Below are positions 1 to 11,562 of a stretch of DNA of 64,000 nt, in pieces (position 1 is the stretch's first letter; every line of letters starts with the position of its first letter). Location: assembly GCA_965217895.1 (NCBI GenBank), contig CBDCJV010000002.1:800001-864000 (forward strand), given 5' to 3'. Under the pieces are notes generated by a model that was not told where the DNA came from, searched no databases, and saw nothing but the letters and a program-made list of their open reading frames with translations. Made by a program: the position numbers and the translations under genes. This DNA is from Waterburya sp. (lineage in GTDB: Bacteria > Cyanobacteriota > Cyanobacteriia > Cyanobacteriales > Xenococcaceae).

Positions 1-2178
1 TATAAATCAATTAATTTACCCGTACACCAGCTAAACTATAATGGCATTCCTCATCAGTATGTGGGGCGTATTCGGGCTTTGAGCGATGGTTTAATTTATT
101 CGCTGGGACTAACGCTAGCAGGAGTAGTGCTGTGGATCTGTCATCTTTATTTGAGCTTAGAGCAAATTACCTTACTGGCAATTAGCTTAACGCTATTGTT
201 ATTGCTGGTGCGCTTGCCTATGGGAAGATTTTATACTCGCAGTTTAGAAGAGATGATTCGCTCTGATAGTATTAATTTAGATGACTTTAGGGATGAAGAA
301 ACTCAACTACCACCTCAATCAAGTAATGTAATTCGGGAGTTTTTGACAGATAGCGATCGCTATACCCAAATTAAAGGTTTAGAATTAGCTGCCAGTGTCG
401 GTAATCCCCAACAGTTTTTTGCTGAAATCAAAGCTTTATTGCCTGATGCTGATAACTCACTCCGTCAGGGAATATTGAAGTTGTTTAGCAGGAATCTCGA
501 TCGGGTAACTCTGGAAAAGTTTGCCCATCTTTTGAGCGATCGCAATCCCCAGACTAGGGCAGCTAGTTTAGAAGTTTTAATTACCAATGAATACAATTTT
601 GAACCTAAACAACTGCAAACGTTAATTGTCGATCGAGACAAAGAAGTAAAAACCTTGGGTTTACTTGCTGCATTTCAAAGCAGCAATGCGGGGGATTTAG
701 ACTCTAGTATTGCCGAACAGTTTTGGCAGACAGAAATAACCGATACCACCGCTAAAGCGATCGCTCGTGTCGTTGGCTATAGCCGAAACCCAGAATTTAT
801 TACCCTAATTGAATATTTACTGCCCCAGGTAAGCCCAGAAGTTAAACAAGAAACCCTAACTGCTTTAGCTAGTTTAGCTCATCCTCAAGACCATAACATA
901 GCCAAAATTGCTCTAGCCGAAATCAATCATTTTGAACCAATGGTGAGGGTTGCAGCTTTTAAACTTTTAGAAATTACCCGCTGTCCGCAAATGCTAAAGC
1001 CAGTAGCTAAGGGATTGAGCGATTGCCATGCTCAAGTTCGCCAACAGGTAGCAAACACTCTGGCAGCTTATGGTAAATCTGGTTTAGCTGTAGCCAAAGA
1101 TAACTTAACTGCTGATAATCCTCATGTGGTTAATACGGCGATCGCAGCTATTGGTAAAGTAAAGAGCAAACAGGCTAACGAAATTTTGTATAAGCATCTC
1201 ACCCCAGAATTTCAGAATCTAGCTTATACTCGCCGATGGCAACAGCAAATACCTGCTCAAGATCCAAGCTGGAAGCTACTAGCAGTGGCGATTGAAGACT
1301 ATCAGCAACGTTTATTACAAAAGGTTTTATATATCCTCTCCTGTTTGGGCTACTCTCGCACCGTGAATTTGGTAACGCGAATTTTGGCAACTAGCGATCG
1401 CCGTGACTTAGCCAACGCCGTAGAAGTCCTTTCTTCAATTAATCACCGTCGATTCATTCAACCTCTAATACCCTTATTAGAACAGACGGTATCGGCTAAG
1501 CCTAATATGCAAATCGAACCTACTCCCCAATGGCTGAGGAAAAAAGGCTACAAAATACTCTTAGAGGCATTAGAATCAGGCGATCGCTGGATTAAAACAG
1601 GTGCATCTGTAGCCTTGGCAGTTGTCCCTACCGCTTTACTCAAAGATCCCGATCCTATCGTACAATCAGTAGCACGAGAAATGTTCTTTCCTGCCGATCG
1701 GCTTAATTCTCCCGTTAGCACCTCTATGAATCGACTGCTTCTACTGCGAAACATTGCTTTATTTAAAAACCTTTCCCTAGATGAACTCTTTCCCATCGAT
1801 CGGGCTTTAGAACAAAGGCAGGTATTGGCAGGAGAAACTATTTACACCGAGGGAAGCTGGGGCGGACACCTCTATATTATTGCCGAAGGAAAAGTACAAA
1901 TTGTCAAGCAGCTTGATGGCGAACAACAAGAAATCAAGCAGTTAACCACAGGTCAATATTTTGGCGAGATTGCTCTGTTTGATGAAGCCCCCCGTTGGGA
2001 TGGCGCGATCGCTCTTGAAGACTCTATCTTACTCAGCTTAGAAAAGAAACGCTTTATTAGCCTTATTTCTCAGCGTCCCCATATTATTCTAGAACTCTGT
2101 CGCTTTTTGAGTAAAAGACTACGGGAAACCGACAAATATATGTCTGCAAAGAAAATGCGCTCAACGCCAAAGGGATAA
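1..2178 (+). CDS. Membrane/HEAT-repeat/cyclic-nucleotide-binding protein (5' end outside window)
   Basis: The frame is open from base 1. TM helices are followed by HEAT-like repeats and a C-terminal cNMP domain (GQYFGEIALFDEAPR). Confidence 0.8.
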   Translation, partial: YKSINLPVHQLNYNGIPHQYVGRIRALSDGLIYSLGLTLAGVVLWICHLYLSLEQITLLAISLTLLLLLVRLPMGRFYTRSLEEMIRSDSINLDDFRDEETQLPPQSSNVIREFLTDSDRYTQIKGLELAASVGNPQQFFAEIKALLPDADNSLRQGILKLFSRNLDRVTLEKFAHLLSDRNPQTRAASLEVLITNEYNFEPKQLQTLIVDRDKEVKTLGLLAAFQSSNAGDLDSSIAEQFWQTEITDTTAKAIARVVGYSRNPEFITLIEYLLPQVSPEVKQETLTALASLAHPQDHNIAKIALAEINHFEPMVRVAAFKLLEITRCPQMLKPVAKGLSDCHAQVRQQVANTLAAYGKSGLAVAKDNLTADNPHVVNTAIAAIGKVKSKQANEILYKHLTPEFQNLAYTRRWQQQIPAQDPSWKLLAVAIEDYQQRLLQKVLYILSCLGYSRTVNLVTRILATSDRRDLANAVEVLSSINHRRFIQPLIPLLEQTVSAKPNMQIEPTPQWLRKKGYKILLEALESGDRWIKTGASVALAVVPTALLKDPDPIVQSVAREMFFPADRLNSPVSTSMNRLLLLRNIALFKNLSLDELFPIDRALEQRQVLAGETIYTEGSWGGHLYIIAEGKVQIVKQLDGEQQEIKQLTTGQYFGEIALFDEAPRWDGAIALEDSILLSLEKKRFISLISQRPHIILELCRFLSKRLRETDKYMSAKKMRSTPKG

Positions 2179-2222
2179 GAAATTCACCCTTTGCTGAATT
2201 CGGATTTAATAAGCATCTGACA

Positions 2223-2651
2223 ACAGTTAGAGCAGTTAGAGCAGTTAGACGAGCGACCCCCCCTAAAGGGTTCGACAGTTTGACGGGCGACATAAACGCC
2301 TTTTCGGGCGGTCAACATTCTGAGGAAACCCTACGAGGGCGATTATTCAAGGCGAACTAAATTCGCCGAATCTCGCCCTCAGAATTACGCCCTCAGAAAC
2401 CACAGGCGACGCGCCCTCCTTATGCCGGTGAAACCTTTCGACACTTTGCTCAACGGGTCATAGACCCGCAACGCAAGTGTCTCACCACCGCAACTGTCTC
2501 ACCGCGTCGCCGTTAGGCGCAAACGCCAGTTCCTTCGCCCTCAGCAGTCGCTCTTTGTTGGAAACCAACAAGATCGCGCTGCTTCGCAAGTCGGGAAACC
2601 CGCCCACCGGACTGGCTTGGGAATGCGCGAGGGAGACAGTTAGAGCAGTTA
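2223..2651. repeat. GC-rich mosaic of nested small hairpin elements bracketed by CAGTTAGAG tandem repeats
   Basis: Many short inverted repeats (ggcgacgcg/cgcgtcgcc, ttgttgg-aaa-ccaacaa, cgggtc-ata-gacccg) and CGCCCTCAG x3, with 9-mer repeats on both sides. Confidence 0.7.
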
Positions 2652-3018
2652 AAAAGCCTAATTTACTGCTCAAAAAGGGCTTAGATAGCTGTTGTTTCAT
2701 TCTTAATTAAATTTTGTCCGATGACATTTTCCAGCCTTTGAGGGCGATCGCGTCTTTTATTTGAACAAAACCTCGCCCAGATGCTTTAATTGAAGCTAAC
2801 ACCACATTAAATTTAGTTATGCAACCTCAATTTACCATGAAAGAAACTGGAACTATACAAAAGTAAGGCAATCGGCAAATAATTAGAAACAGATTAATTT
2901 ACTCACTAGATTAATTATCTTTTATCATCATCTTAGTTATCATCGTAACAAAAAGTAATACCATAAGAAATGAGCATTGTAGAAAGTATCTTTTAAGAAA
3001 AGGAGTTGGCTTTATATC

Positions 3019-3663
3019 ATGATTCGCCTTTTACTAGTAGACGATCAAGAATTGGTATATCAAGGATTGCGGGCAATGTTAAATTTAGAATCGGATATGG
3101 AAGTTGTAGGAGTGGCAAACAACGCTCAGCTAGCCATTCAACAGGTAGAAGTTTTACAACCAGATGTAGTGTTGATGGATATTAGGATGCCCGTCATGGA
3201 TGGCAGAGAAGCCACTAGAATTATATGTCAGCAATTTCCCGATACTAAGGTTTTAGTACTTAGTACTTTTGAGGAAGACGATTATATTGCTCATTCAATC
3301 GAGGCAGGGGCGCAAGGATATTTGCTTAAAGATATGCCTATAGAAGATTTGGTTGATTCAGTTAGATTAGTCAATCGTGGATACAGTGTGATGAAGGATA
3401 GATTAAGGGAAAAAACAGTCGGCAACGAGGCAAGTAGTAACAGCACAGAAACAGAACAGTCTAAGTTGGCAAAGTTAACTCCAAGAGAGATAGAAGTATT
3501 CAATTTAATTGGTACTGGCTGCACTAACCGCGAAATTGCTGAAAAACTTTATATCGTCGAAGGTACGGTTAAAACTCACGTTACCAGTATTCTCAATCGA
3601 CTCGCTCTAAGTAATAGATTGCAGATTGCCATTTATGCTAATTCTGTCAAGCAAGCGTGTTAA
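3019..3663 (+). CDS. NarL/LuxR-family response regulator
   Basis: REC domain (LLVDD...DVVLMDIRMP) plus LuxR HTH (LTPREIEV...TVKTHV). Confidence 0.95.
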   Translation: MIRLLLVDDQELVYQGLRAMLNLESDMEVVGVANNAQLAIQQVEVLQPDVVLMDIRMPVMDGREATRIICQQFPDTKVLVLSTFEEDDYIAHSIEAGAQGYLLKDMPIEDLVDSVRLVNRGYSVMKDRLREKTVGNEASSNSTETEQSKLAKLTPREIEVFNLIGTGCTNREIAEKLYIVEGTVKTHVTSILNRLALSNRLQIAIYANSVKQAC

Positions 3664-3811
3664 AATCCAGGGCAACCGCACGCTTTTCTTTACGTTTAAT
3701 GAGAGAGAGAACGATTCCTTTAGCGGTGCTTTCATGAGTTAAAAGATTAGGAGAGATAGCGAACTACAGCCAAATCCTCTGCGCTATGACCAAGACATTC
3801 TTAATTAATGA

Positions 3812-3965
3812 CTGATATTACGCAGCATGGGGTCATGGAGTAGTGAGTAAGGAGTATAGAAAATAGGGTCGATCTTTGGAGTGGTGGAGTGATGGAGATA
3901 AAGGAGTAATTACCCCAAACACCCCACTACCCAGTCTTCACAGATCGATAAATGCGTAACATCAG
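3812..3965. mobile_element. MITE-like element
   Basis: 13-bp terminal inverted repeat ctgatattacgca / tgcgtaacatcag (1 mismatch); internal GGAGTGRT-type repeats. Confidence 0.5.
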
Positions 3966-4109
3966 CGTCCGACGAATTTTGATTCGTAATGTTAGAAAGA
4001 AACAAATTACCCTTTACCCAGTTTTAACAGATTAATTTGTTTCTTAGGAGTTAATGACTAAAATCAACCAGGGTATTAATAATGGCTTAATTTAAACAAA
4101 AATCTTTAT

Positions 4110-5285
4110 ATGAAAATTTTTATCAGTACAGGAGAGGTTTCTGGAGATTTACAGGGTTCAATGTTGATTAAGTCCTTGTATAAAATAGCTGCTCAAAAGA
4201 ATATCAATCTCGAAATTGCTGGATTGGGTGGCGATCGCATGGAGGCAACAGGAGCAGATATTATTGCCAATACCGCAGCTATTGGCTCAATGGGATTTGT
4301 AGAAGGATTACCGTTTGTCTTGCCAACGATAAAGATTCAAAGCCTGACTAAAAAATATATTCAGACAAATACCCCCAATATTTTAGTTTTAATTGATTAT
4401 CCTACTCCTAATTTAGCTCTGGCTAACTATGTAAAAAAATATTTTCCCAAAATACCAGTAGTATATTATATTGCCCCCCAAGATTGGGCAGTACCAATGT
4501 TAAATAATGCCTCCAAAATTGCCCAGGTTGTAGATCGCTTACTGGCAATTTTTCCTGCCGAAGCTAAGTATTTTAGCGATAAAGATATTAACGTTACCTG
4601 GGTGGGGCATCCTTTGCTCGATCGCTTGGTAACTGCACCAGATAGAAATCAAGCCAGATTAAATTTAGGCATTGAGCCAAAGGAAGAGATTATCACTCTT
4701 TTGCCTGCTTCTCGCCAGCAGGAAATCAAATATTTGCTGCCTGTGATCGCTCAGGCTGCACAGCAAATTCAGCAGCAAAAACCTAATCTTAAATTTTTGA
4801 TTCCTGTATCTTTGCCTAGCTACACAGACGCAATCACCTCAGCAGTTAAGCAACACAATCTATCTGCAAAAATATTAACAGGTGACAAAACTTTAGATGC
4901 GATCGCTGCTGCGGATCTGGCTATTGCCAAATCAGGTACGGTTAACCTAGAAATTGCCTTGCTCAATATTCCCCAGGTGGTTATCTATCGCGTTAATCCT
5001 CTGACTGCCTGGATAGCTCGTAAGATATTGCACTTTTCTATTCCTTTGATGTCACCACCTAACCTGCTCCTCAACCAGAAAATAGTCCCTGAATTACAGC
5101 AAGAAGAAGTAACCGCTGATAATATTGCCACTGAAGCGATGCAGCTTTTAACAAATGATCGAACTCGACAAGAAATAATAGCAGGGTATCAACAGATGCG
5201 ATCGCTTTTAGGCACCGTCGGAGTTTGCGATCGCACTGCGATTGAAATCCTTAACTTAACTAACAAGATTCCCATCAATACTTAG
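4110..5285 (+). CDS. lpxB: Lipid-A-disaccharide synthase
   Basis: Motifs STGEVSGDLQG, VGHPLLD, LLPASRQQE and KSGTVNLE. Confidence 0.95.
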   Translation: MKIFISTGEVSGDLQGSMLIKSLYKIAAQKNINLEIAGLGGDRMEATGADIIANTAAIGSMGFVEGLPFVLPTIKIQSLTKKYIQTNTPNILVLIDYPTPNLALANYVKKYFPKIPVVYYIAPQDWAVPMLNNASKIAQVVDRLLAIFPAEAKYFSDKDINVTWVGHPLLDRLVTAPDRNQARLNLGIEPKEEIITLLPASRQQEIKYLLPVIAQAAQQIQQQKPNLKFLIPVSLPSYTDAITSAVKQHNLSAKILTGDKTLDAIAAADLAIAKSGTVNLEIALLNIPQVVIYRVNPLTAWIARKILHFSIPLMSPPNLLLNQKIVPELQQEEVTADNIATEAMQLLTNDRTRQEIIAGYQQMRSLLGTVGVCDRTAIEILNLTNKIPINT

Positions 5286-5957
5286 CTGCAACAAAGTTTT
5301 GGGTGTTCATTGGTGGACGTTCATAGTCTATTGCTTTTTGGCGTGCTGGCAACTCAATCTTTTTGGCTGGCAAATCTTCATAGGAAACAGTTTCTAGAAA
5401 GTGACTGATACAGTTTAATCTTGCCTTTTTCTTATCGTCAGCCTCTACTACATTCCAAGGAGATTCAGGAACGTCTGTAGCTGCAAACATATCATCTTTG
5501 GCTCGCGAATAGTCTACCCATTTTTCCCTGGCTTTTAAATCCATAGGGCTAATTTTCCAGCGTTTTGTCGGATCTTCGATTCGATCTTGAAAACGTTTTT
5601 CCTGTTCGCGATCGCTGACGGAGAACCAATATTTAATCAGGATAATTTGCGATCGCTGAATCATCATTTCAAACTGGGGACACGATCGCATAAATTCGTT
5701 GTATTCATCATAGGTACAAAAGCCCATTACCTTTTCTACCCCAGCGCGATTATACCAACTGCGATCGAACAATACTATTTCCCCTGCTGCGGGGAGATGA
5801 GCTACGTATCTTTGAAAATACCATTGAGTTTTTTCGCGATCGCTTGGTGTCCCCAAAGCCACCACTCTACAAACGCGGGGATTTAAACATTCGCTTTAGA
5901 TTTCTCCTTACTTTTTTTACCGCTTTTTTCGGTTTCAAAACCATTTTTATCACTCAT
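5275..5957 (-). pseudogene. ppk2: Polyphosphate kinase 2 with a frameshifting internal deletion
   Basis: The C-terminal part is typical PPK2 (FDRSWYNRAGVE). The ATG at 5957 gives MSDKNGFETEKSGKKSKEKSKA, joined out of frame to ECLNPRVCRVVAL. The Walker A segment is absent. Confidence 0.8.
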
Positions 5958-5999
5958 ATTTCCTATTTCTCTTTAGTTAGTTGTTGATTACCAAATAGC

Positions 6000-6116
6000 T
6001 AAGTAGATGGGTGGAATTAAATATAAAACCGAATAAGCAAGATATTACGATCTATTTTCGTTACTCGTTACTCAAGTAACGAGACTATCTTCTAATTAAT
6101 TTGTCCCATCTACTTA
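6000..6116. mobile_element. MITE-like element
   Basis: Terminal inverted repeat taagtagatgggtggaattaa / ttaatttgtcccatctactta, with internal TTACTCG repeats. Confidence 0.6.
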
Positions 6117-6148
6117 TATAGCCACAAGCTTGAATTTCTGAAAAGCTT

Positions 6149-7633
6149 TTACTTTAGAGTTTTGCGTTTCTCTACATTTATCGCCGTAGTCTTTGCACCC
6201 CCAGTCAAAACATCAGACTCTTTAACAAAGCCACTGTATGCCTCCATCCCATGTTCACTAATGTCTAAACCTTGGATTTCGGCTGGTTCGTGAACTCGAA
6301 TCCCGATAGTTACCTTTAGCAAAGTCCAAACAATAGCACTAAAGACAACGGTAAATGCTCCTACCGCTAGAATTCCAATAATTTGAGTCAAAATATTACC
6401 GCTACCAAAGATACCTACCGCCAGAGTTCCCCAAATACCACAGACCAAGTGAACTGAAGTTGCGCCAACAGGATCATCGATTTTAAGGTTGTCAAAGAAA
6501 CCAACTGAGAAGACGACAATAATACCAGCGATCGCGCCAATTATAATGGCAGAGACATAACTAACATCGTTGCAACCAGCGGTAATGCCTACCAATCCTG
6601 CCAAAATACCGTTGATAATCATCGATATATCGGGTTTGCCGTCTTTGATCCAAGAAGTAAAGGTAGCGGTCGTACCACCTGCTGCTGCTGCCAAATTAGT
6701 TGTCAGAGCAATATAAGGAACGTTAGCATCTGCGGCCAGTTCTGAACCAGGATTAAACCCAAACCAGCCAATCCACAGGATCAAACAACCTAGAGTTGCA
6801 AAGCCCATATTATGTCCTGGTATCGCGCTAGATCTACCTTCTTGGTATTTACCAAATCTAGGACCTAAGATTAAAGCACCAACTAAAGCTGCCCAGCCAC
6901 CCACGGAGTGAACCACCGTCGAGCCAGCGAAGTCTTTAAACTCCATGTTACTTAACCAGCCTCCATCCCACACCCAATGCCCTGTAACGGGATAAGAAAC
7001 AGCCACTAATAAGGTACTAAAAATGAGAAAAGCAGCAAACTCAATTCGTTCTGCTACAGCACCAGAGACGATGGTTGCAGCCGTGGCAGCAAAGGCTACC
7101 TGAAACAAAAAAGAGACTGCGGCTGGTACGGCTTGAGGATAGGGATCGTCGCCGTAAAGAGCAGGATCGCCATTGAAGAAAAAGCCCTGAGTACCAATAA
7201 TAGAATTACCTTCTCCATACATTAAGCCATAACCAATTGCCCAGTAAGCAAGAGTTGCGATCGCAAATACGATCAAGTTTTTTGCTAGAATATTCACCGC
7301 GTTCTTTTGGCGACAAAATCCTGCCTCTAGCATTCCAAATCCAGCATTCATAAAAATTACTAGAATCGAACTAGACAAGATAAAAACCGTGTCCAGCATC
7401 ACCCTAAGCTCATCAACGTTTTTAGGAGCTTCAAAATCTTGAGCGGAGGCTGCTGCATTCCAAAGAATAACGATTAATGCTGCTAAAGGAATACAAGCGA
7501 GCCAGTAGGGCGGAAAATATCTAAATATTGCTTTGATGAGTTGGGGAATTGAAGCACAAGACTGTGAGCTTGGGAGAATACTTTTATTCTTTGGTAGGGA
7601 TATGTTCTTGTTTCTTGATAATTTGAAATTCAT
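6149..7633 (-). CDS. amt: Ammonium transporter
   Basis: Motifs [22 protein letters not shown] and [14 protein letters not shown]. Confidence 0.97.
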   Translation of the reverse strand: MNFKLSRNKNISLPKNKSILPSSQSCASIPQLIKAIFRYFPPYWLACIPLAALIVILWNAAASAQDFEAPKNVDELRVMLDTVFILSSSILVIFMNAGFGMLEAGFCRQKNAVNILAKNLIVFAIATLAYWAIGYGLMYGEGNSIIGTQGFFFNGDPALYGDDPYPQAVPAAVSFLFQVAFAATAATIVSGAVAERIEFAAFLIFSTLLVAVSYPVTGHWVWDGGWLSNMEFKDFAGSTVVHSVGGWAALVGALILGPRFGKYQEGRSSAIPGHNMGFATLGCLILWIGWFGFNPGSELAADANVPYIALTTNLAAAAGGTTATFTSWIKDGKPDISMIINGILAGLVGITAGCNDVSYVSAIIIGAIAGIIVVFSVGFFDNLKIDDPVGATSVHLVCGIWGTLAVGIFGSGNILTQIIGILAVGAFTVVFSAIVWTLLKVTIGIRVHEPAEIQGLDISEHGMEAYSGFVKESDVLTGGAKTTAINVEKRKTLK

Positions 7634-7714
7634 TAATTCTGAGACTAACTTGGAAGGATTTTGCGATCGATAAGGGATAAAACTTATACCAAATTGAATG
7701 GTATTTACTACAGA

Positions 7715-7810
7715 TATAGCAATACCAACTGTGCTTAAGACAATATAAATCTTAGGGGCGAATAGCCCCTACATAAACCTGATGTCATAACCTAAAAACG
7801 TAAAGCTATA
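7715..7810. mobile_element. MITE-like element enclosing a REP-like hairpin
   Basis: Ends tatagc...taagaca / tgtcataac...gctata, with internal taggggc-gaata-gccccta. Confidence 0.45.
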
Positions 7811-7825
7811 CTACAAATAATGATG

Positions 7826-9997
7826 TTATTTGATAAACAGCATTTCTTGATACTTAGGTAGAGGCCAAAGCTCATCAGCCAATTCTCCTTCTAGAGCATC
7901 TGCACATTCTCTAATTTCATCCATTAGAGGACGAATAGTTTTAGCAAAATACTGCATATGTGCTTCTGTTGAATCAAAGTCTTTTTTATCCAAAGCTGCT
8001 TCCAATTTACTTGTCTGTTCCACTATTTCGTTAGTTAGCTCGCCAGTTTTTTTAGCAATTTTAAGATTGAAATCAAGCCCTAATTCTTTAAATCCAGCGA
8101 TCGCTGCTGATAATTCAGTTACGTATTTTATGGCTGCGGGATAAAACAAGGTTTTCGCCATGTCAACTACTAGCTTGGCTTCAACCTCAATTGAGAGTAT
8201 GTATTGTTCTGCATAGACTTCAAAACGACTTTCTAACTCTTTAGGTGAAAGAACGCCAGTTTTCTCAAATAATTCTTCAATAGATTTGTCTTTGAGATAT
8301 GGCAGGGCATCAGCGGTAGTAGGAAGATTAAGTAAACCACGCTCTTCTACAGCCATTTTATGCCATGCTGCTGAATAGCCATCTCCGCCAAAAACAACTG
8401 CGCCGTGGTCGTCCATAATTTCTTTAATTATGCTGAAGATAGCAGGTTGAAGTTCAGTTCCTGCTGATAACTCGCCTTCAAGCTTGTTGTTGATCCAATC
8501 TAAAGAATCTGCCAAAATTGTATTCATGGCAATTAATGGTCCAGCAACAGACTGGTTAGAACCTACAGCGCGAAATTCAAAACGGTTGCCTGTAAAAGCA
8601 AAAGGAGAGGTTCGATTTCTGTCCCCAGAGTCCTTGGCAAATGTAGGCAGAGTTGGTACGCCAAAATCCATAGTGCCACTTGGCATACATCCTGTTAGCT
8701 CTCCTTTCTGAATTTGATCGTATACATCCTCTAATTGAGTACCGAGATAAACAGAAATAATTGCTGGAGGAGCTTCGTTTGCACCTAATCTGTGATCGTT
8801 GCTGGCAGTAGCTACTACAGCACGCAGCAAAGGACCAAACTTATGTACTCCCCGAATGACCGCGGCGCAGAAGGTCAAAAATTGAATGTTTTCGTGTGGC
8901 TCTTCTCCAGGATCGAGCAGATTGCCCTGGGTTGAGTTTCCAACTGACCAGTTGACGTGCTTACCAGAGCCATTAATGCCCGCAAATGGTTTTTCGTGCA
9001 GTAAGCAGACAAAGCCGTGCTTTTTAGCAGTATTGCGTAAAATGGTCATGGTTAGCTGCTGATGATCCGCAGCAGCATCGGCCGATTCAAAATAAGGTGC
9101 AAGCTCAAACTGACCTGGTGCTACTTCATTGTGTCTAGTTTTGGCAGGGATGCCCAGACAGTACATTCTTCTTTCTACTTCCTGCATAAAGACCTGAACT
9201 CGCTCTGGAATTGCCCCAAAGTAATGATCGTCAAATTGCTGACCTTTGGGTGGAGTTTTGCCAAACAGAGTTCTACCTGTCAACAGTAAATCGGGACGGC
9301 TATTGGCAAAAGCAGCATCAACCAAAAAGTATTCTTGTTCTGCGCCACAGCTAGAGCTAACAGGAGCAACATCACTATAGCCCAACTGTTTGAGAACTTT
9401 TCTAGCAGATTTGTCCATCGCCTCAATCGAGCGCAACAAGGGAATTTTTTTGTCTAGAGCTTCTCCCGTCCAAGAAACAAATACAGTGGGTATACATAAA
9501 GTTACGCCATTGTCGGTTTCCATGACGTATGCTGGGGAGGTAACATCCCAAGCGGTATAGCCTCTAGCTTCAAAAGTTGAGCGAATACCACCGTTAGGAA
9601 AAGAAGAGCCATCGGGTTCGCCTTTAATTAAGGTTTTACCAGAAAACTCAGAAATTACCGTGCCATCACTTTGCACGGAAATAAAACCATCGTGTTTTTC
9701 TGCTGTGGCGTTGGTTAAGGGATAGAATACGTGGGCATAGTAAAGTGCGCCTTTAGACATTGCCCAATCTTTCATCGCTGTTGCTACAACATCAGCTACT
9801 GAAGGATCTAGTTTGACATCAGATTGAATAGTTTTTTTCAAGGATTTGTAAACAGCTTTAGGAAGACAAGCCTGCATCTTAATTAAACTAAAGACATCTT
9901 TTGCCCACATACCTTCGAGGGTTTCAGGAGGCTTGACCGCGATCGCTTCTCTCTCAGTAACTTGATAGACAGCCTGTGTTCTTGGCTCGTATCCCAT
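7826..9997 (-). CDS. glnN: Glutamine synthetase type III
   Basis: 723 aa; motifs [21 protein letters not shown] and [18 protein letters not shown]. Confidence 0.97.
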   Translation of the reverse strand: MGYEPRTQAVYQVTEREAIAVKPPETLEGMWAKDVFSLIKMQACLPKAVYKSLKKTIQSDVKLDPSVADVVATAMKDWAMSKGALYYAHVFYPLTNATAEKHDGFISVQSDGTVISEFSGKTLIKGEPDGSSFPNGGIRSTFEARGYTAWDVTSPAYVMETDNGVTLCIPTVFVSWTGEALDKKIPLLRSIEAMDKSARKVLKQLGYSDVAPVSSSCGAEQEYFLVDAAFANSRPDLLLTGRTLFGKTPPKGQQFDDHYFGAIPERVQVFMQEVERRMYCLGIPAKTRHNEVAPGQFELAPYFESADAAADHQQLTMTILRNTAKKHGFVCLLHEKPFAGINGSGKHVNWSVGNSTQGNLLDPGEEPHENIQFLTFCAAVIRGVHKFGPLLRAVVATASNDHRLGANEAPPAIISVYLGTQLEDVYDQIQKGELTGCMPSGTMDFGVPTLPTFAKDSGDRNRTSPFAFTGNRFEFRAVGSNQSVAGPLIAMNTILADSLDWINNKLEGELSAGTELQPAIFSIIKEIMDDHGAVVFGGDGYSAAWHKMAVEERGLLNLPTTADALPYLKDKSIEELFEKTGVLSPKELESRFEVYAEQYILSIEVEAKLVVDMAKTLFYPAAIKYVTELSAAIAGFKELGLDFNLKIAKKTGELTNEIVEQTSKLEAALDKKDFDSTEAHMQYFAKTIRPLMDEIRECADALEGELADELWPLPKYQEMLFIK

Positions 9998-10201
9998 AAC
10001 ACTTATCCCTTGCTAGATATTTGATTTACAGGATCTTAAATGATTGCTGTTTCTATAAAAAGTATAAATTATAACTTTTGGCAGATGATTCTAGTTAAAT
10101 TTACTTAATTATTGTTACGCAATAAAACCAAAAATGAGTAGTTTTGATGATATTAAAATAATCCTAAATAGAAATATTTATCGAGTCCAAGTATTTTTTG
10201 C

Positions 10202-11431
10202 TCAGTTAATTAACATTGCTTTTACCTTTTCCCCCTTACTGATGAACTTTTGACCAACAGATGCGATCGCCAGACCATTAGTCTGTGCCAAATTAATTAA
10301 GTTACCCGAACTATGGCTGCCACCAGCTAAAGCAAATTCATATTTACCATCTACTAAATGTAGTTGTCCCCAGAGATAGGTTTCTCGTTTGCCAGCAGCT
10401 TTTAAATCGTGGCGGGTAGTAGCATTAACAAACTTCGGTTGATAATTATTTTGTCCTGAGAGTTTTTTGAGTGCAGGTTGGACAAAACGCCAACAGCTAA
10501 CTAATGCCGAGACAGGATTACCTGGAATGCCAAAATAGAGACAGCTATTATCATTAAAGGTAGCTACAGTTAGAGGCTTACCTGGTTTAACCGCTACGCT
10601 GCGGATATGTAGTGTTCCGCCTAATTCTGCCAAAATGCGGTCAACATAATCATAATCGCCAACGGATACGCCTCCAGTGGATAAAACTATATCTGCTGAT
10701 TCTATAGCTTGAGCGATCGCCTTTTTTAAAGCCTCTGGTTGATCGCCTACAATACCTAACTTAATGGGAATCCCACCATTACTTGCCACAAAGCTAGCTA
10801 GGGCATACTGATTAGAATCTACAATTTGTCCTGGTTGCAAAGTTTGTTCGGGAGTTACTAGTTCATCTCCAGTAGATAATATCGCTACGCGGGGATGACG
10901 ATAAACCGATAACTTTGTGCATTGTGCAGTAGCCAATACGGCAATTTCGGGTGCGCCAATTTTAATTCCCGCTGCTAATATTGGTGTCCCTGCCTGATAA
11001 AATGCTCCCTGGTGTCGCACAAACTCTTCAGGTTCGGGTGCAGCTAGGATAGTAACTTTATCCGCTTCTCTTTGGGTATTTTCTTGGATTACAATAGTAT
11101 CAGTTCCTGGAGGCAGCATCGCGCCAGTAAAGATACGAGCAGCCTGTCCTGGCTTGATATCTACTTTAGGGCGATCGCCCGCAGCAATTTCGGTGACGAC
11201 ATTTAAGTGTACAGGATTCTTTTCAGCAGAGGTTTTCACATCTTCATAACGCACTGCATAACCATCCATTGCCGAATTATCCCAGTGAGGAAAGTCTAAT
11301 TTGCCGACAATAGGTTTAGCTATAGTTCTTCCCTGAGCATTTTCCAAAGTAACCGTTTCACTATCATGTTCAGAACTGAGAACCTGAACTAAATCGAGAA
11401 TAATATCTTCAGCTTCTTTAACAGGCAACAT
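10202..11431 (-). CDS. moeA: Molybdopterin molybdotransferase
   Basis: Motifs NSAMDGYA, TGGVSVG and PGNPVS; start placed at MLPVKEAE. Confidence 0.95.
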   Translation of the reverse strand: MLPVKEAEDIILDLVQVLSSEHDSETVTLENAQGRTIAKPIVGKLDFPHWDNSAMDGYAVRYEDVKTSAEKNPVHLNVVTEIAAGDRPKVDIKPGQAARIFTGAMLPPGTDTIVIQENTQREADKVTILAAPEPEEFVRHQGAFYQAGTPILAAGIKIGAPEIAVLATAQCTKLSVYRHPRVAILSTGDELVTPEQTLQPGQIVDSNQYALASFVASNGGIPIKLGIVGDQPEALKKAIAQAIESADIVLSTGGVSVGDYDYVDRILAELGGTLHIRSVAVKPGKPLTVATFNDNSCLYFGIPGNPVSALVSCWRFVQPALKKLSGQNNYQPKFVNATTRHDLKAAGKRETYLWGQLHLVDGKYEFALAGGSHSSGNLINLAQTNGLAIASVGQKFISKGEKVKAMLIN

Positions 11432-11562
11432 AAAACAACAAAGTTTAGAGTCCCAAAGGACTTGTGTGCATGGAGTCGGCAAAACAATACAATTAAAGAG
11501 GAAGTCTTTTGACTGGACATCTGTGAAGCTTCCTCTAGTTTAAACTTAAGCAAATTATAGCA

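Noticed and set aside
2477..2710. Overlapping 72-77 aa ORFs on both strands
   Set aside because: Chance open frames across the GC-rich hairpin mosaic.
10138..10151. NtcA site upstream of glnN
   Set aside because: Only one half-site matches (GTA-N8-GAT). Biologically plausible but too weak to call.
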